Assembly (NCBI GenBank): GCA_963719995.1
Contig: CAVRDW010000005.1
Coordinates: forward strand, 576,100 to 640,099
Length of the DNA stretch: 64,000 nt
DNA from: an uncultured beta proteobacterium
GTDB lineage: Bacteria; Pseudomonadota; Gammaproteobacteria; Burkholderiales; SG8-39
Reading direction: 5' to 3'
Part shown: positions 56,659-64,000 of the stretch, in pieces
How positions within the stretch are numbered: the stretch's first letter is position 1
How the letters are laid out: each line of letters starts with the position of its first letter
The notes under the pieces: generated by a model
The model's input: the letters and a program-made list of their open reading frames with translations, nothing else
Database searches by the model: none
What the model was told of the DNA's origin: nothing
Program-made: the position numbers and the translations under genes

Positions 56659-57778
56659 CTACGCCCCGAAGACGTACTCGGTGCCGGTGGAGGAAGTGAT
56701 CATGCGGTCGGCGAGCTCGGTGCGCAGCATCGCGACGATGGTCGGCCCCGAGCAGTGCATGGGGATGATCACCTCCGGGTCGAGCGCCTTGAACTCGGCG
56801 ACGGTCTTCGCGACGTAGTCGTCGGGCGCCGGGAAGAGGTGGAAGCCGCCGAGCGCCGCGTGCAGCTTCTTCACGCCGGAGACTTCCATCGCCTGGCGCG
56901 CGGTGTTGATGATGCCGGCGTGGCCGCAGGAGGAGATCACCACCAGGCCCCTGCCCTTCACGTTGAACGCAGGTGCCATGCTCGTGGAGGTGCAGGTCCT
57001 GCACGGGCTTGCCGCCCGCCTTCGCGTCCTCCGCCGGCATGTCGCAGCCGACGCCATCGCTGCGCCTGGAATACTGGACCATCGTGTTCGGCAGCACCTT
57101 CTCGAAGCTGGTGCGCGCGATCCTCCCCGTGGTGAAGGCGTGGCCGAGGATCACCGTGGGCTGCTCGCAGGTCACCACCTTCACGCGGTACTTCTCCAGG
57201 TCGCGGCGGTCGAGCACGCCCCAGTCGGTGAAGTGCCCGGGCGTGGCGGTGGCATTCTTGCGCACGCAGAACAGGTCCTCGCCGCCGATATACAACGTCA
57301 GGTCGGCGGGCAGCTTGTCGCGGTATTTCTCCAGGTAGCCGATCAGGCCGCCGAAGTGGTCGAAATGCCCGTGGCTCGCGATCAGCGCCTGCGCCTTCGC
57401 GCCGTCCACGCCGAGGACCTCCAGGTTGTTCAGGTAGGCGTTCTTCGTGTAGCCGAAGTCGAGCATGATCTGGCGCGTATCGCTGCCGATGCGCGACTCG
57501 AGCGCGAGCGCGAGGCCCCACTCGTTGTGCAGCGTCTTGAGGGGATCCTTGGGCGAAACCAGGCCCGCGCGCCGCGTCTTCACCCACTTCGATTGCCCGA
57601 CGCGCGGCGTGTCGTAGCTCGAGTCGGTGATCACGCGGATGGTGAGGCTGTCCACCTCTGGCACGCTCGCGAGCTTCGCCGACTGCGCGGCGGCGCGGGG
57701 CGCGAGGCCCAATTGCGCGAGCGCGACGGCGGTGGCGGAACCGAGAACGACGTTGCGGCGGCGCAGATCGATGCCCAT
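56659..57778 (-). pseudogene. Tat-exported MBL-fold metallo-hydrolase, frame disrupted by one extra base at ~56971 (pseudogene or assembly indel)
   Basis: The N part has the Tat signal MGIDLRRRNVVLGSATAVALAQ and the motif HGHFDHFGG, running up to ...LHLHEHGT. The C part, AFNVKGRGLVVISSCGHAGIINT...GGFHL...MHCSG, is in another frame. The span is 1120 nt (3n+1). Confidence 0.8.
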
Positions 57779-57921
57779 GGAACTCTCCCCGTAAGTTGGC
57801 GACGTGAGCGACGCGCTATTCTGCGCATGCGAGATCGCCGGCAGCAAGACGTTCCGGCGAAACGTCGCCGCCCCGTTTGCGTCGCAGCAATCCGGGTGCG
57901 CGCTTCAGCTGCGCGCGGGGC

Positions 57922-59302
57922 TCAGGTCAGGAATCCCAGGTAGCGCGAAGCGCCGAAGTTGCCGATGTTCGGCAGCACGTCCGGCATGCGGTTATCGGCG
58001 ACGCCCAGCCAGCGCCCCAGCGTCGCCGCATACTGGTCGACCGACGTCGTCGGCAGGAGGTTTCCCTGCCCGACATCCTCGCTGGTATCGAACGTCACTT
58101 GCGGGAACGTGCCGTAGATGGTGCCGCCCTGCACCGCGCCGCCGAGCACGAAGTGGTGCGCGCCCCAGCCGTGGTCCGAGCCGTCGCCGTTGCTGGTCAG
58201 CGTGCGCCCGAAGTCGGACGCGGTGAACAGCGTCACGTTGTTCTCCATCTGCAGCTGCTGCAGCCATTGGTAGAAGGCATTGACCGCGCGCGTTCACCGA
58301 CTGCATGCGTGCGTTGTGGTCGTTGAGCAGGAAGTCGTGGTTGTCGAACCCGCCCGTGCTCACGAAGAATACCTGCCGATTGGCGGCGAGGCCGCCGCGG
58401 GCCGCGATGATGCGCGCCACCACGTTGAGCTGGTTGGCGAGGCCGTTGTTGGCGGGGACAGGGACCGTGAACGTGTTGGCCGCCGGAAGGCTCGCCGACA
58501 GCGTGGCGTTGGCGCCAATCGAGCGCGACACCACCTGCCCCAGCTGGCTCTCGAAAAGGTGCGCGCTGCTGCGCGTGATCAGGCGACGATAGGCGTTGCC
58601 CGCAGTCGGGGAGCTGTAGAGATTGCCCGAGAGCGCGGCGATGCCGGTGGAACCGTTCGTACCGACCTGGTACTGGATGACTTCCTGGCCGGACATGAAC
58701 ACCGCGTTGCCGGAGGCGGAGATGCAGGTAAAGATGGTCTGGCCGTTCTGCGACGCGAGCAGGTCGCCCATGCGGCCGCCCCAGCCCAGCCGCGCGCCTT
58801 CGCCGACGGGCTGGTTGGCCTGCCATACGGACTGCTGGTCGTTGTGCGAGAAGAGCTTCGGCGGCAGCGGCACCGAGCGGCCGCGGTACTGCGCGAGCGT
58901 GGTCGGCACCACCAGCGGCCCTACATTGGCCACCACGGCGAGCTTGCCCAGGTCGTAGTACTGCTTGAATGCGGTAAGGGCGGGATGGAAGGCGAAGGGC
59001 CGGTTGTTCTGGGAGGCGACCGGCGCCGTCGCGGTCGGCGTCAGGGCATCGTAGGCGAACGCGATGGATTGCCGAGCGTTGACGTACGCGGCGTGCTCGG
59101 TCGGATCGTAGGGCATGATCGTATTCGTGTGATCGTTGCCGCCGAAAAGAAACAGGCACACGATCGCCCGGTAGTCGGTCACCGTCTGCGCCGAGGCGGC
59201 GCCGATGGTGGCGAGATTGAGCGCGAAGGGCGCGCCGGCGCCCATGAAGGACAGGGCCGAAGCCCGCTTGACGAATTCGCGTCGCGAAAGCCTGCTGCTC
59301 AT
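57922..59302 (-). pseudogene. DUF1501-family (sulfatase-like, Tat-exported) protein, frame disrupted by one extra base at ~58288 (pseudogene or assembly indel)
   Basis: The N part has the Tat signal MSSRLSRREFVKRASALSFMGAGAP and runs through ...FVSTGGFDNHDFLLNDHNARMQSVNA. The C part, AVNAFYQWLQQLQMENNVTLFTASDFGRTLTSNGDGSDHGWG, is in another frame. The shift lies within a GCGCGCG run. The span is 1381 nt (3n+1). Confidence 0.8.
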
Positions 59303-59312
59303 GGGGGCGCTC

Positions 59313-61055
59313 CTATTTCTGTACCAGGAACTCGGGCGCCGACAGGGCGAAGAGCGCCGCAAGGTAGACGCGGTTCTGGCGTCCGGTGTTGGGGTTGGCT
59401 GCGTTGATCGGCACCGAGTTCACCGCCTCCAGCATGGCGCTGCGCGCCTCGGCGCTCAGCGTGCCGTAGGTGAGCAGCAGGTCGATGCGGTCGATGAGCC
59501 TGGCGGGGTCGTTCGCGAGCGCGAGCTCCGCGGCATAGTTCGCCTGGATGTCGCGCGGGGTGTTCGAGCCGACGCCGGATTGCACCACGCCGCGCATGAA
59601 GTTCGCGTAGCCCGCCACGGAAACCTCGTGGATGATCTGGAACTCCGGCGCCACCAGGTTCGCCGCGGCGATCGCCGTGTTGGGCGGCACGTAGCCCGGC
59701 CGGTAGAAGTTGAACACCGAGGACGCGCGCATCGCCGACTGGCCGAGCGAGCTCGCCGCGTCGTCGGTCGTGCCGAGCAGGAAGTTGCCGCTCGTGGAGC
59801 GGACGTTGAAGGCGCGCATCCAGGCGGCAAGGCGCAGCACCGGCTCGCGCACCTTGCCGAAGGTCGGATCGGCGGTCTTCGCCATGTCGCGCGCTTCGTC
59901 ATCCAGCAGCACCGCCGCGATCGTCGCGCGCAGGTCGCCGCGCCGGCCTGTGCCGATGGTCCAGTCCTTGCGCGTGAAGCGCCCGGCACTGAACGCCTGC
60001 GACACGCGGCCAACATAGGCGGGGCTCGGGTTGCTGGTCACCAGCCGCTGGATCAGCTGGCGGCCGAAGAACGGCGCGATGTTCGGATGGTTGAAGATGG
60101 TATCGAGCGCGATGCGCAGGTCGGTCCTCGGGTCGGCCGTGCCCTGCGCCGGGATGGTGGTGCCGAGGAAGCTCTTGACCGAGGTCGAGTGATACTGCGG
60201 ATAGGCCTGCATCGGCAGCACGTCGCGATTCGGGTCGGGGGCCGGATTGCTCGAGCCGAAGAAGCGCCCGTTCTGCGTGTCCGGACCAGCCCAGCTGAAA
60301 CCGGTGAACACGCGCGACAGGCCGACGATGTCGTCCTGGTCGTAGGTCTCCACTGGCTGGCCGTTCGCGAGCATCACGGTGCCGTCCGGGTTGAGCTGGT
60401 GCAGCCCGATGGAAAAGAGCTGCATCACTTCGCGCGCGTAGTTCTGGTCCGGCACGCGATTGCCGGACTCCTTCTGGTTGCGCAGGTGCGAGAGGAACAG
60501 CCCCATCATCGGGTGCAGCGTCACCGCCTCGAGCAGGTCGCGGTAATTGCCGAACGCCTCCCGGCCGAGCATGTCGAGGTAGGACGCGACGCCGCGCCGG
60601 TAGCCAGACACCGCGTCGTTGGTCAGCGAGATCACGAAGATCTGCGACAGCGCGAACGCCACGCGGTGGCGCAGCTGGTCGGGCGCGGTGGCCGCTTGCC
60701 TCCAGAACGTGTTCATTACGTGCGAGTCCTGCGGCGACTGGTCGGCCGGCAGACTCGCGATAACGCTCACCAGGTAGTTCTGGTGGGGCGAGCCCGCGGG
60801 CATCGCGAACTGCTGGTCCAGCCAGCGCGCGTAGCCGTTGGCGCCCACGTCGTCGATGGCGCTCATGTTGGCGCCGAAGCTCGCCTGCGCGAGGAAGCGC
60901 GAGGCCTCGACCTGGCTGGTGGGATCCGCGGCGGGTCCGCCTGACACGGCCGGCGCCGATTCGTCGCCACCTGCGCCGCAACCGCCAAGCAGCAGTGCCG
61001 CCAGTCCGAACAGCGCCAACAGAATTCTGGCGCGGCAATAGTTCACAGCGTCCAT
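59313..61055 (-). CDS. DUF1800-family protein (lipoprotein-like signal), usual partner of DUF1501
   Basis: Met 45 of ORF 59313..61187 gives MDAVNYCRARILLALFGLAALLLGGCG (lipobox). It has RVAFALSQIFVIS, HPMMGLFLSHLRN and NYAREVMQLFSIGL motifs. Confidence 0.8.
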   Translation of the reverse strand: MDAVNYCRARILLALFGLAALLLGGCGAGGDESAPAVSGGPAADPTSQVEASRFLAQASFGANMSAIDDVGANGYARWLDQQFAMPAGSPHQNYLVSVIASLPADQSPQDSHVMNTFWRQAATAPDQLRHRVAFALSQIFVISLTNDAVSGYRRGVASYLDMLGREAFGNYRDLLEAVTLHPMMGLFLSHLRNQKESGNRVPDQNYAREVMQLFSIGLHQLNPDGTVMLANGQPVETYDQDDIVGLSRVFTGFSWAGPDTQNGRFFGSSNPAPDPNRDVLPMQAYPQYHSTSVKSFLGTTIPAQGTADPRTDLRIALDTIFNHPNIAPFFGRQLIQRLVTSNPSPAYVGRVSQAFSAGRFTRKDWTIGTGRRGDLRATIAAVLLDDEARDMAKTADPTFGKVREPVLRLAAWMRAFNVRSTSGNFLLGTTDDAASSLGQSAMRASSVFNFYRPGYVPPNTAIAAANLVAPEFQIIHEVSVAGYANFMRGVVQSGVGSNTPRDIQANYAAELALANDPARLIDRIDLLLTYGTLSAEARSAMLEAVNSVPINAANPNTGRQNRVYLAALFALSAPEFLVQK

Positions 61056-61390
61056 CGATCGCTCCCCCTTTGCGCCCAAGACGAAACGACGAACTGGCGC
61101 GGCTGAACCCACTGCAGACGCAACTGCCGTACCGGGAAGCCGCAAGCCGAAAAAACAATGCGTTAGGATTAGGCGCGGCGAGCGCACTGTCGTGCGCGCA
61201 CAACCAAACTTCGCACAGGCGTGCTACGCGCGCGAATCGTCAAGATTATTCATGTCGCATGGGGACGACGCAGGTGGACGAAACGCGGCGTGAGATTCAT
61301 CACGCGCTCGTCACGCGCACGCGCGCGCGCACGCGACCAAATTATTGTGGAACTACGGGTGCAGGCCGGCTGCCCGCAACTCGAGAAACG

Positions 61391-61865
61391 CTAGTAGCGC
61401 TTGCCGGTCAGGAACTCGCGCTTCAGTCGGGCGACCTGGCGCCTCAGGGTTTCGAGCTCGGCGCTTGCCGATTTGGCTTTCTCCAGGAGCGCGTCGTCGG
61501 GCGCGCCTGCGCCCTGCGCGCGGGCTGCGAGCTCCGCATGCGCTTCGCGATGGCGCTCCGTCGCCGCGCGCCAGCGCTCTACGAGTTGCTGCTCCTGCTG
61601 CCGCCACGCTGCGGGATTCGCCACCTCAGGCGGGCCTGCGCAGGCCGGGCACGGCGGCCGCCTTCGCCTTCGCCTTCGCCGGACGTGCCGGCGCGGCCTT
61701 GCGCCCGCGCCGCGAGCCCAGCACCACGTCGCACAGCTCCGCGATCTCGGGCTCGCCGAGGCGCAGCGCATTGGCGTGCAGCTGGCGCACTTCGATGGTG
61801 GTCAGGGAATCGATCCTTTCGCGCGTCCACAGCGCGACCTTGGGTCGCTGCAATCGTTGCTGCAT
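61391..61865 (-). pseudogene. hypothetical protein, probably one gene split by one extra base near 61631
   Basis: The N part (MQQRLQRPKVALWTRERIDSLTTIEVRQLHANALRLGEPEIAELCD...AKAKAKAAAVPGLRRP) stops at 61626. A high-GC3 coiled-coil-like continuation (PEVANPAAWRQQEQQLVERW...RLKREFLTGKRY) has no start of its own and lies in the next frame. The span is 475 nt (3n+1). Confidence 0.45.
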
Positions 61866-61892
61866 AGTGGCCAACCTCGTTGATCGTTGAAA

Positions 61893-61916
61893 CAAAAAAG
61901 CCCGGTTTCCCGGGCT
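61893..61916 (-). terminator. rho-independent terminator downstream of cspA
   Basis: On the minus strand, the hairpin AGCCCGG-GAAA-CCGGGCT (61899..61916) is followed by TTTTTTGTT, 22 nt after the cspA stop. Confidence 0.75.
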
Positions 61917-61938
61917 CGTTTGGCACTCGACCGCGGGA

Positions 61939-62145
61939 TTACCCCACCAGCCGGATGTTGGTCGCCTGAGGGCCTTTCGGGCCGTCGGCGGCGTCGTACT
62001 GCACCTTCTGGTTCTCGGTCAGCGTCTTGAAGCCGCTGCCCTGGATGGCGGAGAAGTGAACGAAGAGGTCCTTGCCGCCCTCATCCGGCGTGATGAAGCC
62101 GAAACCCTTGGCGTCGTTGAACCATTTCACGGTACCTGTGCTCAT
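61939..62145 (-). CDS. cspA: cold-shock protein (CspA family)
   Basis: [34 protein letters not shown] (RNP1/RNP2 motifs); 68 aa. Confidence 0.95.
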   Translation of the reverse strand: MSTGTVKWFNDAKGFGFITPDEGGKDLFVHFSAIQGSGFKTLTENQKVQYDAADGPKGPQATNIRLVG

Positions 62146-62278
62146 TTGCATTTCCTTGATGGTTGGTAGAAAGCCTGTACTGGCCTGCGGGAACTTCAAG
62201 GAAGGGAACTATCTGATGAGCTCGGCGCAAGCGCCTTGACGTACCAGCTACTTCACTACTTGAGAATCCTGCAGTGCC

Positions 62279-62307
62279 CTTATACAGGGCCGGGCGCTTC
62301 CGGTCAA
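62279..62307 (-). promoter_or_regulatory. sigma70 promoter candidate for cspA with a ~125-nt leader
   Basis: On the minus strand: TTGACC (62307..62302), a 17-nt spacer, then TATAAG (62284..62279). This leaves a long 5' UTR, as is typical of cspA-type genes. Confidence 0.5.
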
Positions 62308-62380
62308 TCAATATAGTTGGCCCCTTGTTCGCCGCACGGGGATGTGTCACCGTCCCCGGTGTCCGCTTCCGTGGGAGCGC

Positions 62381-63408
<1,028 letters not shown>

Positions 63409-63409
<1 letters not shown>

Positions 63410-64000
63410 TGCGCGCGGGCGCGGCCGGCCTGCGCGCCGGGCTGCCGCGGCACCTGCCGCGCGGCGTGCGCCCCGTGCTGGACGAGCTGCTCGGCCTGCG
63501 GCGCTACGGCGCGGCGATGCGGCGCCTGCTCGCGCTCGACGACGAGCAGCGCGCGGGACGCCGTGCGCCACCGACTCGCAGCCAGGGCATGGATTATTCG
63601 GAGTCCCGGCCCTATACGCCGGCGACGACGTGCGCCGCATCGACTGGCGCGTCACGGCGCGCACCGGGCGCGCGCACACCAAGATCTTCCGCCCCGAGCC
63701 CGGCGGCGACCTCTATTGCCTGGTGGACCAGCGCGCGCCGATGCATTTCGGCACGCGTGCCGCGTTCAAGTCGGTGCTCGCCGCGCAGCTCGCCGCGCTC
63801 GCCGGCTGGGCGGCCGCCGCGGGCGGCGAGCGCTTCGGCGCGCTCGTCGCCGGCGCGCAGGACGCGAGCATCCCGATCGGCGCCGCGGAGGCCTCGGCGG
63901 CTGCGCTTTGCGCCGCGCTGGCCGCCGACGCAACGCACGCGGCAGAGCCCGCAGCCGATGCAACTCGCGGCGCGGCATCGGCCGCCGATGCTTCGCCCGC
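63409..64000 (+). pseudogene. DUF58-family protein (MoxR partner), 3' end outside window; apparent missing base at ~63620
   Basis: ATG overlaps the moxR TGA. The sequence reads ...SQGMDYSESRPYTP in the start frame. The DUF58 hallmark GDDVRRIDWRVTARTGRAHTKIFRPE continues in the -1 frame and stays open to the window end. Confidence 0.7.

Overview
A visibly very GC-rich chromosomal segment (GC not computed) that looks betaproteobacterial, Burkholderiales-like: it has five Bug/TctC paralogues, a tctCBA operon and a strong GC3 bias. I support about 62 protein genes and saw no rRNA, tRNA, CRISPR array, integrase or transposase. The content is mostly periplasmic and redox metabolism plus an unusually dense set of signalling genes.

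Main points:
1. A tightly coupled six-gene operon joins a Tat-exported IorAB-type molybdenum hydroxylase to a soxXYZA-like module. It has no soxB or soxCD, and its SoxY carrier ends in SACLEDGLI instead of GGCGG. This is my best candidate for an undescribed carrier-protein oxidation system.
2. A structured 360-bp MITE-like element with about 27-nt terminal inverted repeats ending in CTAG is present twice, in inverted orientation, bracketing about 16 kb. A third 54-bp copy consists of the termini only. All three copies sit at stop codons.
3. A form-I-like CO dehydrogenase cluster (coxMSLGDE) carries an AYRCSLR active-site variant.
4. There are two second-messenger and Ser/Thr-kinase neighbourhoods. 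One has an adenylate cyclase-FHA gene divergent from a FecR-like / haem-DUF3365-HAMP / STK operon. The other has an STK-cNMP gene next to a degenerate QD-GYP protein and a degenerate GGDEF-EAL protein.
5. A Slam-like barrel sits next to a FecR/TbpB-barrel fusion protein.
6. Seven genes carry single-base frame disruptions, five of them in the last 8 kb. This points to assembly indels or local gene decay and needs read-level checking.

All family calls rest on motif recognition by eye; no searches were run.
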